DNA of 64,000 nt, taken from Candidatus Lustribacter sp. GTDB taxonomy: Bacteria > Vulcanimicrobiota > Vulcanimicrobiia > Vulcanimicrobiales > Vulcanimicrobiaceae. The first letter of the stretch is position 1. Each line of letters opens with the position of its first letter. The position numbers and the translations under genes are program-made. Under the pieces are notes generated by a model. The model worked only from the letters and a program-made list of their open reading frames with translations, was not told where the DNA came from and searched no databases. Below, in pieces: positions 29,504 through 39,135 of the stretch. The stretch spans positions 704,001 to 768,000 of the forward strand of contig OZ255842.1 of the NCBI GenBank assembly GCA_965277805.1. Direction: 5' to 3'.

Positions 29504-30978
29504 ACGCGCAACGGTGCGACGTCCTCGTCATCGGCGGCGGGATCGCGGGGCTTACGGCGGCACTGGCTGCTCGCGACGCCGGTGCATCGGTGCAGCTGCT
29601 CGAACGGGCGCCACGTGCGGAACGCGGCGGCAACACGCGTTTCTCCAACGGTGCGCTGCGCGCGGCTTACCGGAACGTCGACGAGGTCCGGCGTCTCATT
29701 CCCGATCTCAGCGACGAACAAGTCGCCTGCACCGACTTCGGCACGTACACGCGCGAACGGTACCTCACCGATCTGATGCGCGTGACCGAAGGACGCAGCG
29801 ATCCGATGCTGGGCGGGATCCTGGCCGGCGAGAGCTTCGACGTGCTGTGCTGGATGATGGAACGCGGCGTGCGTTACGACCCGCTGTGGTCGGCCCAAGC
29901 GCCGCCGGCGAACGGCCGCGTGAGTTTCTACGGCGGCAGCGCGTTCGAGGCGCGCGGTTTGGGCGCTGGCTTGATCGATGCGCTCTACGATGCGTTAGAG
30001 CAGCGCGGCGGCCGCGTGACGTATGGTGCGCGGGCACTGACGCTCGCGCGCGAAGGTGCCGGCGTGGGTGGTGCGAGCGTGCGCTTTGCGGACGGCAGCA
30101 TGCACGATCTCGCCGCGCGCGCCGTGATCGTTGCCTGCGGCGGCTTCGAATCAGACGTCGAATGGCGCACGCGCTACCTCGGTCCGGGTTGGGATCTCGC
30201 CAAAGTGCGGGGCACGCGCTTCAACACCGGCGACGGCTTGCGCATGGCGCTCGACGCGGGCGCGCAACCCTACGGACAGTGGTCGGGGTGTCACGCGGCG
30301 AGTTGGGCCGCGCATGCGCCGGTGGCCGGCGACGTGACGATCGAGGAGAAGTTCAAACGCGACGACTTCATGCACGGGATCTTCGTCAACGCGAACGGCA
30401 GACGGTTCGTCGACGAGGGCGCCGATCTGCGCGCCCTCACCTACGCGAAATACGGCCGCGCGGTGATGGAGCAGCCGGGTTCGGTCGCGTGGCAGATCTT
30501 CGATGCAAAGACGGTGCCGCTGCTGAGCGAGGATTACCGCGAACCGAGCGTGGCGCCCATCCGCGCGAACACGCTCGAGGAGCTGGCAACGGCGTTGAGC
30601 GGGGTTAACGGTCGCGCGTTGCTCGAGACGATCGCGGAATATAATCGTGCCGTGCGCGACGACGTGCCGCACGATCCAAGCCGGAAAGACGGCCGCGGCA
30701 CGAGCGGGCTCGCGATTCCCAAGTCGAATTGGGCCACGACGATCGACGCCCCGCCGTTCGAAGCGCATCCGGTATCGTTCGGGATTACGTTCACGTTCGG
30801 CGGCGTGCGCATCGACGAGCGTTGCCGCGTGCTCGACGCCGAGGGCACGGCGATCCCCGGGCTCTTTGCCGCCGGCGAAATGATCGGCGGTTTGTTCTAC
30901 TTCAATTATCCGGGCGGCTCGGGACTGGTATCGGCGGCCGTGTTCGGGCGCCTCGCAGGACGTTCGGCCGCGCTATAA
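29500..30978 (+). CDS. tcuA: FAD-dependent tricarballylate dehydrogenase TcuA-like
   Basis: GGGIAG, RGGNTRF, ACGGFE, YLGPGWDLAKVRGTRFNTGDG, W.GCH, TYAKYG, GITFTFGG and YFNYPGG.GL. Confidence 0.85.
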   Translation: MNAQRCDVLVIGGGIAGLTAALAARDAGASVQLLERAPRAERGGNTRFSNGALRAAYRNVDEVRRLIPDLSDEQVACTDFGTYTRERYLTDLMRVTEGRSDPMLGGILAGESFDVLCWMMERGVRYDPLWSAQAPPANGRVSFYGGSAFEARGLGAGLIDALYDALEQRGGRVTYGARALTLAREGAGVGGASVRFADGSMHDLAARAVIVACGGFESDVEWRTRYLGPGWDLAKVRGTRFNTGDGLRMALDAGAQPYGQWSGCHAASWAAHAPVAGDVTIEEKFKRDDFMHGIFVNANGRRFVDEGADLRALTYAKYGRAVMEQPGSVAWQIFDAKTVPLLSEDYREPSVAPIRANTLEELATALSGVNGRALLETIAEYNRAVRDDVPHDPSRKDGRGTSGLAIPKSNWATTIDAPPFEAHPVSFGITFTFGGVRIDERCRVLDAEGTAIPGLFAAGEMIGGLFYFNYPGGSGLVSAAVFGRLAGRSAAL

Positions 30979-33114
30979 CGCGTACGGTGCGCGCGGCATC
31001 ACCCAGCGCCGCAACATCCCGCCGACGGCTGCCGGATCGATCGGTTTGGGAATGTGATCGTTCATACCGGCATCGAGGCACTGGCGGCGGTCGTCTTCCA
31101 TAGCGTGTGCCGTCATCGCGATGATCGGCAGCTGCGTCGCGTCGAGCCGGCGCCGGATGAGACGGGTGGCTTCCATGCCGTCCATCTCCGGCATCTGCAC
31201 GTCCATCAGCACGGCGTCAAAATGCGCGTCCGGCGCGAGTGCCTTGTCGACCGCTTCACGCCCGTTGGATGCCGACTCGATCGTGACGCCGTACCGGCGC
31301 AGGATGCGCTCGATGATCTGGAGGTTGATCTGGTTGTCTTCGGCGACCAGGAGGTGTGCGCCGGCATATTCGACAGCTTCGCTTGCCGCATCGGTTTCGC
31401 GTTTGGCCCCGCGCGCATCGGTGGCCGCGGTGAACGTGGCCGTAAACGTAAACGCGCTGCCGGCCCCGGGACTGCTGGTGAACGAGATCCGACCTCCGAG
31501 ATGCTCGGCGAGCGCCTTGCTGATCGTGAGGCCGAGGCCGGTGCCGCCGAAACGGCGCGTGATCGAGTTATCACCTTGCGTGAACGGTTGAAAGACGCGC
31601 GATTGCGCTTCGGCGTCCATGCCCATGCCCGTGTCGCGAACGGTCGTCGTCAACTCGACACGGTCGCCGGTGAACTGCGTCGCCTCGATCGTGACGAGAA
31701 CCGCTCCCGCCGCGGTGAACTTGATGCCGTTCGAGATGAGGTTCAAGAGGATCTGTCCGTAACGCGCTGCGTCGCCGACAAGGACCGGCGGCACGCTCGC
31801 GCCGGCGCGTATCTCGAACTGCAAGCCTTTTTCCGCCGCGCGGAGGGCTGAGATCCCGCCGATGTTTTCCAGCACCGATGCAACCTCGAAGCGAACCTCT
31901 TCGAGCTCGAGCTTGCCGGCCTCGATTTTCGAAAAATCCAAGATGTCGTTGATGACGTTGAGCAGCGACTTCGCGGAATAGTCGATTTTGCTGATGTAGT
32001 CGCGCTGTTCGTTCGTCAGATCCGTGCGCAATGCGAGGTCGGCCATACCGATCACGCCGTTCATCGGCGTACGTATTTCGTGGCTCATGTTGGCTAAGAA
32101 GAGGCTCTTGGCGCGCGTTGCCGCGTTGGCGGCCTCGTTTGCTGCGCGCAGATCGCGGCGGACGAGTTGCTGCTGACGCCAGACGAGCAAGAGGCCCAGG
32201 ATCACGAAGGTGGTAGCCCAGGCGGTGAGCAGCATGGTGCGCGCGATGCCGGCGGTTTGCGCCGCGATATCGTTATATGAGAGGCCCGACAGAACGACGA
32301 TGGGAAATCCCGGCACGCTCTTGTAGGCGAAAACGCGCAACACGTGGTCGAGCGGGGTCGCGTACCAATATGAACCATCGGGTGAATGAGAAAGCCGGTT
32401 CCACATCGAGGCCGATGCGGCGAACATCCGCCCGACGTGCGAGGGCGATCCGTCGCCCGTCGTGCGCGCACGAATCACGAGATCGCCGGTGCCGACCATT
32501 TCGATGACACCTTCGCGACCGATATCGTTCGCGCCGTAGCCGAAGGCGAAGCTGCCGACGTCGAGCACCGCCGTGATCGCTCCGATGGGGCGGCCGTCGT
32601 GATTGCGAACCGACCGCGCAAACGGAATGGAGAAACGTTTCGAGACGCGTCCGATCAGCGGCTTCCCGATCACGAGCGCATGCGTGTGAAGCGCGGCTTG
32701 AAAATAGGCCCGGTCGCCGACCGAAATCGGAGCGCTGCCGCCCGCGCCGATCGCAACGCCGTGACCGGCGATATCGACGACCGCGACGTTGCCCGCCAGC
32801 CCTTCGTAGAGCCGTTCGCGGGCAACCGTCCGGATCGTGCCCGCCGGACCTCGTTCGGCATCGTAAGCGCCGATTAATCGGATGATGTTGTCGACCAGCT
32901 TCATGGTTGAGGCAACGTCGCCCGCATACGACGCGGCCAACTGCGTGGCGCGCGCGAGCGCGTCGGCCGTGGCGCGCTGGTTGAGGGCGCGCAGTTCTGA
33001 GCTGTACGTCAACCAAGTGGCCGCCAGCAAGACGGCGGCTACGAGAAGCGCGCGCCAGTTGTCGGCGATCGAGAAGAATCGTCCTATGCCGGGCGTCGGC
33101 GCTCCCAGGCCCAT
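30973..33114 (-). CDS. Hybrid sensor histidine kinase/response regulator (TM-Cache-TM, HisKA, HATPase, REC)
   Basis: H-box FLANMSHEIRTPMNG, NL.SNG.KFT, DTGMG, GGTGLGL and receiver LVAEDN...LMDVQMP...KP. Confidence 0.95.
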   Translation of the reverse strand: MGLGAPTPGIGRFFSIADNWRALLVAAVLLAATWLTYSSELRALNQRATADALARATQLAASYAGDVASTMKLVDNIIRLIGAYDAERGPAGTIRTVARERLYEGLAGNVAVVDIAGHGVAIGAGGSAPISVGDRAYFQAALHTHALVIGKPLIGRVSKRFSIPFARSVRNHDGRPIGAITAVLDVGSFAFGYGANDIGREGVIEMVGTGDLVIRARTTGDGSPSHVGRMFAASASMWNRLSHSPDGSYWYATPLDHVLRVFAYKSVPGFPIVVLSGLSYNDIAAQTAGIARTMLLTAWATTFVILGLLLVWRQQQLVRRDLRAANEAANAATRAKSLFLANMSHEIRTPMNGVIGMADLALRTDLTNEQRDYISKIDYSAKSLLNVINDILDFSKIEAGKLELEEVRFEVASVLENIGGISALRAAEKGLQFEIRAGASVPPVLVGDAARYGQILLNLISNGIKFTAAGAVLVTIEATQFTGDRVELTTTVRDTGMGMDAEAQSRVFQPFTQGDNSITRRFGGTGLGLTISKALAEHLGGRISFTSSPGAGSAFTFTATFTAATDARGAKRETDAASEAVEYAGAHLLVAEDNQINLQIIERILRRYGVTIESASNGREAVDKALAPDAHFDAVLMDVQMPEMDGMEATRLIRRRLDATQLPIIAMTAHAMEDDRRQCLDAGMNDHIPKPIDPAAVGGMLRRWVMPRAPYAL

Positions 33115-33154
33115 CGCCGCGTCGATTCTGGACCCCGACGGAGCCTACCCCTCC

Positions 33155-34609
33155 CTAGGGCTTTTGCATCTCCGTTCCGCACAAGGCGCAACCCGTCGGA
33201 TGGCTTTCCGAGATGTGCGCGCGCACGTGGTCGATCGACTCCTTGGCCTCGCGCATCACCCGCGCTACGTCGATCGCGGTGAGTCGACCGTGGCGCTTGA
33301 GGATTCGTCCGTCGACAAGCACCGTGTCGACGTTGTTCGGGTGTGCCGACTGCACGATCATGTGCACGGGATCCGTGAAAGGCGCCATGTTGAGCGCGTC
33401 GGTCCGCACCAAAATCAAATCGGCCTGTTTCCCTGGCGTAAGCGAACCGACTCGGTCGGCGATCCCGAGGTCGCGGGCACCGCCCATCGTTGCCATTTCC
33501 AGCGCGGTGCGTGCGGGCAAGGCGAATTCGCTCTGCTTGCGTCCGTTTTCCTCATTCTGGATGCCGCGCATCGTCTCGAACATGTCGGCGTTGCCGCAGA
33601 GGATGACCGTGTCGATCGAGAGGCTGACCGGATTCCCCGTCGCCAAGTATTCGCCGATCGGACCGAAGCCGAAACCCGTACGCATCTCCGTGAACGGGCT
33701 GAAGCTTACGTGCGCACCGGATTTTGCGACGCGTTCGATGTCGCCGGGTGCCGGATTGGTGGCGTGGACGAGCTGCAGGTCGGGCCCGAGCAGGCCGGCG
33801 TCGTCGAGCGCTTTGATGCCGAACGTTTTCTTCGCGTTCGTTCCGATGTGAATCGTGATCGGAAGCTTGTTGGCGCGCGCGAAGGCGAACTCGCGCCGGC
33901 AGATGTCGATGGTGTTGTTTTCCGGACCGCGTGATGCGATACCGAGTGTGATCAAGCCGTCGTTGGGAACGTCGAAGTACTGTTTCTTCACGCGCAGTAC
34001 GTCGTCGAGCGGCAGCGTTTCGTTCGGACCGGTGTTGCGGGAATACCCGTATGAGAAGAGCGCGCGTCCGCCGACTTCGCGGTGCACGGCGAGTTCGGCA
34101 TCGGCATACGCGGGCTTGAGCAGGTTGTGCGACCAGTTGTGAACGGTCGTCAAGCCGCTATTGAGTGCCTCGGCCAGCGCAAGCCGGACCCCGCGCGCGT
34201 TGTCTTCGGGACTGAAGAGCACGCCCATGACGCGGCTGTAGGGGAAGTAGCCCGTGGCTTCGGTGTCGCCCGACATATTGCGCGAGATCGTCTCCCACAT
34301 GTGCCAGTGCGTTTCGATCAGTCCCGGCAGCACGATCATGGTGCGCGCATCGATGACTTCCGCGCCGGGCGCGCTCAGGTTCGGACCGACGGCGACGATC
34401 CGGCCGTTCCGCACGTGGACGTCGCCTTGCGGGATGTCGCCGAGCTTCGGGTCCATCGTGAGCAGGTAACCGTTGCGCACGAGATAGTCGCCGCGCGACG
34501 GTAACTGCGGCGAAGGTGCGGCGGCGGCGATCGAGTGGTTCGCGAGCAGGCCGAGGCTGCCGGCAGCCATACCGGAGAGAAGTTCACGCCGGTTCGGAAC
34601 GATGTTCAT
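33155..34609 (-). CDS. Tat-exported amidohydrolase (MTA/SAH-deaminase/AtzA-like family)
   Basis: AAGGAG RBS before MNIVPNRRELL. PGLIETHWH, IH, VH, SID and GSL.PGK.AD. Confidence 0.88.
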   Translation of the reverse strand: MNIVPNRRELLSGMAAGSLGLLANHSIAAAAPSPQLPSRGDYLVRNGYLLTMDPKLGDIPQGDVHVRNGRIVAVGPNLSAPGAEVIDARTMIVLPGLIETHWHMWETISRNMSGDTEATGYFPYSRVMGVLFSPEDNARGVRLALAEALNSGLTTVHNWSHNLLKPAYADAELAVHREVGGRALFSYGYSRNTGPNETLPLDDVLRVKKQYFDVPNDGLITLGIASRGPENNTIDICRREFAFARANKLPITIHIGTNAKKTFGIKALDDAGLLGPDLQLVHATNPAPGDIERVAKSGAHVSFSPFTEMRTGFGFGPIGEYLATGNPVSLSIDTVILCGNADMFETMRGIQNEENGRKQSEFALPARTALEMATMGGARDLGIADRVGSLTPGKQADLILVRTDALNMAPFTDPVHMIVQSAHPNNVDTVLVDGRILKRHGRLTAIDVARVMREAKESIDHVRAHISESHPTGCALCGTEMQKP

Positions 34610-34695
34610 GTTCGTGCTCCTTATGAAGTTCCGCACTACGGGAGGGTTAGCAGGTCATCCTCGATGATAACTTCCCGTCCGAAGAAGGAGCACCG

Positions 34696-35676
34696 ATGCG
34701 GAAACTCTCATCGATCGTCGCCCGAATGCTGGCCGTGGCGGGGCTTGCCGTCATGACGAGTACGGCGTTGCCGGTGGCGATCACCGCGCAACCCGCGCCC
34801 GAACACATTACGGTCGGCGCGTCGACAGACGATCTCGTGCGTCCACTGCTCTACGCCGTCGACGCGGGCCTGTTCAAGAAAGCCGGGCTCGACGTCGAGA
34901 TCGTCAAGCTGGCCAACGGTGCGGCCGTTGCGGCGGCCGTTGCGGGCGGTTCGCTCGATCTCGGTAAGGGCAGCGCGCTCACGCCGGTTCAAGCCTACGC
35001 GAAGGGCATTCCGTTCACCGTCACGGCCAATCTCGGCGATTATACGGCCGATGCGCCCAGCATCGCGATGCTGGTGCTGAAGAGCTCCCCGTTGCGCGGT
35101 CCCAAAGATCTGGCCGGAAAGACCATCGGCATGGTCGGGTTGCAAGACTCGATCACGCTCGGCATCTACACTTGGCTCGAGCAGAACGGCGTCGACATCG
35201 CCGCCGAGAAGTTCGTCGAGATCGGCAACTCGGCCGGCGCCGCGGCGCTGCAAGCTGGCCGCGTCGATGCGATGATGTTCCAGGAGCCGGCGCTTTCAGC
35301 CGCCATCTCGCTGCCGGACTTGCGCGTCTTTGCCTACCCCGACAACGCGCTCGGCAAGCGCTTTTCGATCGGCACGATCTTCGGCATGAGCTCGTGGGTG
35401 AACGCGCACCGCGATGCGGTCACGCGCTTCAACATCGCGCTGCGCGATGCCGAGGCCTACGTCGGCGCGCACGAAAACGAGACCAAGCCGCTGGCCGCGA
35501 AGTTCGCCGGCGTCGATGTCGCGTCGATGCAGAACGTGCGCCCGCCGCTGCGGACGCTCTTCGTCGAACCGAGCGATATTCAAACCCAGATCGATGCCGC
35601 CGCGAAGTATAAGTTCATCGCGAAAGGGTTCGACGCCAACGAATTTATTTGCGACTGCGCTTTGCGGAAGAAGTAG
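34696..35676 (+). CDS. ABC substrate-binding protein, NitT/TauT
   Basis: AAGGAG RBS, signal peptide, GLFKKAGLDV, GRVDA and IDAAAKYKFI. Confidence 0.87.
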   Translation: MRKLSSIVARMLAVAGLAVMTSTALPVAITAQPAPEHITVGASTDDLVRPLLYAVDAGLFKKAGLDVEIVKLANGAAVAAAVAGGSLDLGKGSALTPVQAYAKGIPFTVTANLGDYTADAPSIAMLVLKSSPLRGPKDLAGKTIGMVGLQDSITLGIYTWLEQNGVDIAAEKFVEIGNSAGAAALQAGRVDAMMFQEPALSAAISLPDLRVFAYPDNALGKRFSIGTIFGMSSWVNAHRDAVTRFNIALRDAEAYVGAHENETKPLAAKFAGVDVASMQNVRPPLRTLFVEPSDIQTQIDAAAKYKFIAKGFDANEFICDCALRKK

Positions 35677-36067
35677 CCGCTTTAGCCTTGGGTGCGTTCT
35701 TCTTGAGATGGGTTTGATTGTACTCAATGGCCGCGCGAACCAGCGCTTTTAACGCGCGCTCGTCCACCTTATCGCCCTCGAAGAAATCGATCGCGCGCCG
35801 CGTGTTGCCGCCCATGCCGGAGTTGAAGAGCTTATCGGGGTCCGGCAGCTTCGCGCCGTAAGCGAACGTGACGTTCACTTTCGCTTTGAACGCGTTGGCC
35901 ACGGCGATCATGCCGTCGCGCGACCACAACGGGCTGCCCATCCACTTGAACTCCTCGACGATCTGCGGATCGGCGGCAAGGATCGTCTTGCGAACGGTCG
36001 CGAACGTCTTGCCGCGCCAGTCGGGAATGTCCGCGATGAGCTCATCGATCTGCTTTGACGGGTTCAT
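35645..36067 (-). CDS. DUF1801 (YdhG-like) domain protein
   Basis: DWRG.T....R..I..ADP...EE.KW..P.W and GA.L.DP..LFN....GN.RRAID. Start overlaps the VOC stop. Confidence 0.85.
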   Translation of the reverse strand: MNPSKQIDELIADIPDWRGKTFATVRKTILAADPQIVEEFKWMGSPLWSRDGMIAVANAFKAKVNVTFAYGAKLPDPDKLFNSGMGGNTRRAIDFFEGDKVDERALKALVRAAIEYNQTHLKKNAPKAKAATSSAKRSRK

Positions 36068-36474
36068 TTTTTCTGATTGAAGCGCAGCAGCGTTCCCGAG
36101 GGGTCGCGGAAGGCGCAATCGCGGACGCCGTAGGGCTGGTCGATCGGTTCTTGGATCACTTCGGCGCCGGCGGCGCGGATGCGCTCGAACGTGGCGTCGA
36201 CGTCGTCGCTCGTGAAGATGACGCCGCGCATCATTCCTTTGGCCAGCAGTTCGGCGATGGCTTTGCGGTCGGCCGGCGAGGCGTTCGGATCGGCGGCCGG
36301 CGGTTCGAGGACGATGCTCATGTCCGGCTGCACGCGCGAACCCAGCGTCACCCAGCGCATTTGCTCGAATTTGACGTCGGCGCGGACTTCGAGACCGAGC
36401 ACGTCGCGGTAGAAGGCGAGTGCCTTCTCGTGGTCGTCCACGGCGATAAAACAGGTCGAAACGGTGAGATTCAT
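36064..36474 (-). CDS. VOC (glyoxalase/bleomycin resistance) family protein
   Basis: ALAFYRDVLG and QEP.DQPYGVRDCAFRDPSG. Confidence 0.92.
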   Translation of the reverse strand: MNLTVSTCFIAVDDHEKALAFYRDVLGLEVRADVKFEQMRWVTLGSRVQPDMSIVLEPPAADPNASPADRKAIAELLAKGMMRGVIFTSDDVDATFERIRAAGAEVIQEPIDQPYGVRDCAFRDPSGTLLRFNQKK

Positions 36475-36478
36475 GCCG

Positions 36479-36901
36479 TCAGGTTACCAGCCGCCGACCG
36501 AATTTGGCTTCTTCCTTTCTGACCGGCCGCGTCATGATCTTGGCGAAGCAGGCCGGGATGGCGGCCAAGTGGTCGTGGGAGCGTGCGCGATACGCGCTCG
36601 GGCTCTCGCCGACCAGCTCCGTAAACCGCGTGCTGAATGACCCGAGCGACGTGCAGCCCACCGCGAAGCAGACGTCCGTCACGCTGAGATCGCCGCGCCG
36701 CAGCAGCGCCTTGGCTCGCTCGATCCGGCGGGTCATGAGATAGCTATAGGGCGTTTCACCGAACGCCGCGCGGAAACTGCGCGAGAAGTGTCCGGCCGAC
36801 ATGAGCGCGTTCCGCGCGAGCGCCGGTACGGACAACGGCTCGGCATAGTCGCGGTCCATGGTATCGCGAGCCCGGCGCAGGCGCACGAGGTCGGTGATCA
36901 T
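36479..36901 (-). CDS. AraC family transcriptional regulator (DNA-binding domain only)
   Basis: HFSRSF..AFGETP..YL..RRIERA and SLGSFS.RF..LVG.SP..YR. Confidence 0.92.
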   Translation of the reverse strand: MITDLVRLRRARDTMDRDYAEPLSVPALARNALMSAGHFSRSFRAAFGETPYSYLMTRRIERAKALLRRGDLSVTDVCFAVGCTSLGSFSTRFTELVGESPSAYRARSHDHLAAIPACFAKIMTRPVRKEEAKFGRRLVT

Positions 36902-36957
36902 CGCCCGTCCTTCGACGGGCAGAGGCGAGGCCTTTTGTGCGGCGGAAGTTCGATGGC

Positions 36958-37890
36958 GTGCAGAGAGTTGAGAACGAGTTCGACGTCATCGTTGCGGGCG
37001 CGGGCATTGCGGGACTGACCGCGGCCCTGACCGCGGCGCGGCTGGGGCGCAAGACGATGGTGCTGGCCGGCAATTTGCTCGGCGGCCAACTGCTGAGCAT
37101 CGAAACGGTCGACGGCTTTCCGGGCTTTCCGGACGGTATCCCCGGCTACGATCTCTGCCCGATCGCTCAGGAGCAGGCGCAGAACGCGGGCGCGGAATTC
37201 TTACAGACGACGATCGACGGCCTGACGCGCGAGGGCGACGGTTGGAAGGTCGCAACCGGCGAGGGCGATCTGACCGCGCGCGCCGTTATCGTCGCGACCG
37301 GCGCGGCGCTCAAACATCTCGGCGTGCCGGGTGAAGAAGCGTTCAGCGGCAAGGGCGTGAGCCACTGCGCAACCTGCGACGGCCCGTTCTTCAAAAGCAA
37401 GGACACGGTGGTTGTCGGCGGCGGTGACAGCGCGCTGCAGGAAGCGTTAACGTTAGCGCAGTTTGCCGCGAAGACGATCATCGTCAATCGCGCGCCGCAA
37501 CTCACCGGGCAAGCGCTCTATCGTCAACGCGTCGCGGACAACGCGACGATCGAAGTACGCAATGATGCGACGGTTACGGAAATTCTCGGGAACGGCTCGG
37601 TATCGAGCGTGCGGATCGCCAGTGGCGGTGCGACGTCCGATCTGCCGGTCGCGGGAGTCTTCGTCTATATCGGGCTCGCGCCGGAGGCGGAATTTCTCGC
37701 CGGCGTCTTGACCCTCGACACCGACGGCGCCGTGCCGACCGACAGCGCGATGCGCACGAGCCTCCCGGGCATCTGCGCCGCCGGCACCGTGCGCGCGGGA
37801 GCGGCCGGCCGCGCTGCGGCGTCGGCCGGCGACGGCAGCGTCGCCGCGATTACGATCGACCGCTACCTCAGCGACGGCACGTGGAGCTAG
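36958..37890 (+). CDS. Thioredoxin-reductase-like FAD-dependent oxidoreductase (atypical)
   Basis: GAGIAG, GGQL, ATG, GVSHCATCDG and VVGGGDSA..EA. Start could be 36937. Confidence 0.85.
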   Translation: MQRVENEFDVIVAGAGIAGLTAALTAARLGRKTMVLAGNLLGGQLLSIETVDGFPGFPDGIPGYDLCPIAQEQAQNAGAEFLQTTIDGLTREGDGWKVATGEGDLTARAVIVATGAALKHLGVPGEEAFSGKGVSHCATCDGPFFKSKDTVVVGGGDSALQEALTLAQFAAKTIIVNRAPQLTGQALYRQRVADNATIEVRNDATVTEILGNGSVSSVRIASGGATSDLPVAGVFVYIGLAPEAEFLAGVLTLDTDGAVPTDSAMRTSLPGICAAGTVRAGAAGRAAASAGDGSVAAITIDRYLSDGTWS

Positions 37891-37966
37891 CGGCGGCGCA
37901 AGCAAGCCATTGGTATTAGGCTAACGGTGGGGCGCCTAGCGTACGCTGCCGAACGTAGCTGGTTCA

Positions 37967-39130
37967 GTGTTAAGCAGCCGCGATTCCCATGGTAATTCAG
38001 ACGAGCCTCATTGGGCGCTTGCTGCTGTGCGTCTCGAACTCGCCAAGAGCGAGGAGCGCTATCGCATTCTGGGTGAAGCGCTTCCCGGCGTGACCTGGAC
38101 GGCAAACCCCGAGGGGCTCGTCGACGATATCGTCGGCTTCTCGGCCGCGAGCCGGCTCGGCTCATCCTCGCTTGGGGAGGGCTGGCTCGCGCTGGTTCAT
38201 GATGAGGACCGCGCGGCGACGCTCGTGCTATGGCAGGCGGCGCTTGAGGCGGGCACGTCCTACGAAGCGCAATTCCGTTCGCTCGGCGACGACGGCGTTT
38301 ATCGCTGGCAACTCGTGCGCGCGCTGCCGCAGCGTGACGCCGTCGGCAAGATCATGCGCTGGATCGGCGTCAACATCGATGTCGACGAGCAGCACCGTGC
38401 GCTCGAGCACGAGCAGCGCATCGCGTTCATGCTTCAGGAAGCGTCGCTGCCGACGACGTTGCCGGCCATTCCAAACGTGTACTTGTGCGCGTATTATCGT
38501 CCGGGTCACAGCGAGGCGACGATCGGCGGTGATTGGTACGACGCGTTTCTGCTCGAAGACGGACGCCTCGTCTTGACGATCGGCGACGTGCTCGGCAAAG
38601 GGCTCGGGGCGGCCGTAACGATGGGGAACATTCGGCAAGCGATGCGCGCGGTCGCGCGACTCCTGCCCGATCCGAATGCGCTGCTCGATGCGGCCGATCA
38701 TACGGTGCGTTCCGACTCTGCGCTGACGGACGTCTACGCGACGGCACTCGCCGGCATCTACGATCCGCGCCGGCAGTCGTTCTCGTTTGCATCCGCGGGA
38801 CATCCGGGTCCGGTGCTGCGGCATCCCGACGGGCGCATCGAAGAACTCTCGTCGCCGGGCACGCTACTCGGCATGCGCAACCGCGACGAGGTCAACACAG
38901 TCACGATCGGGGTTCCGCACGGCTCGGCGCTGGTGTTCGTGACGGACGGCTTGCTCGAAGCAACGCGCGACCTCGACGACGGTGTCCTGCGCGTCAATTC
39001 GGCCATGCGCTCGGAAGACGTGTGGGCGGCGGAGAATTGCGCGCACGCGCTCGTGACCTACGTGCTCGCCGGACAGCCGGCAACCGATGACGTCGCCGTT
39101 CTCATTGCGGAATTCGGACCATCGGACTGA
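37967..39130 (+). CDS. PAS + PP2C/SpoIIE-type phosphatase
   Basis: PAS/PAC (W...VH.ED...YRW...W.G...D), GGDWYD, IGDV.GKG, SAGHP, TDGL.E and DD. Start is uncertain. Confidence 0.9.
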   Translation: MLSSRDSHGNSDEPHWALAAVRLELAKSEERYRILGEALPGVTWTANPEGLVDDIVGFSAASRLGSSSLGEGWLALVHDEDRAATLVLWQAALEAGTSYEAQFRSLGDDGVYRWQLVRALPQRDAVGKIMRWIGVNIDVDEQHRALEHEQRIAFMLQEASLPTTLPAIPNVYLCAYYRPGHSEATIGGDWYDAFLLEDGRLVLTIGDVLGKGLGAAVTMGNIRQAMRAVARLLPDPNALLDAADHTVRSDSALTDVYATALAGIYDPRRQSFSFASAGHPGPVLRHPDGRIEELSSPGTLLGMRNRDEVNTVTIGVPHGSALVFVTDGLLEATRDLDDGVLRVNSAMRSEDVWAAENCAHALVTYVLAGQPATDDVAVLIAEFGPSD

Positions 39131-39135
39131 AACGG

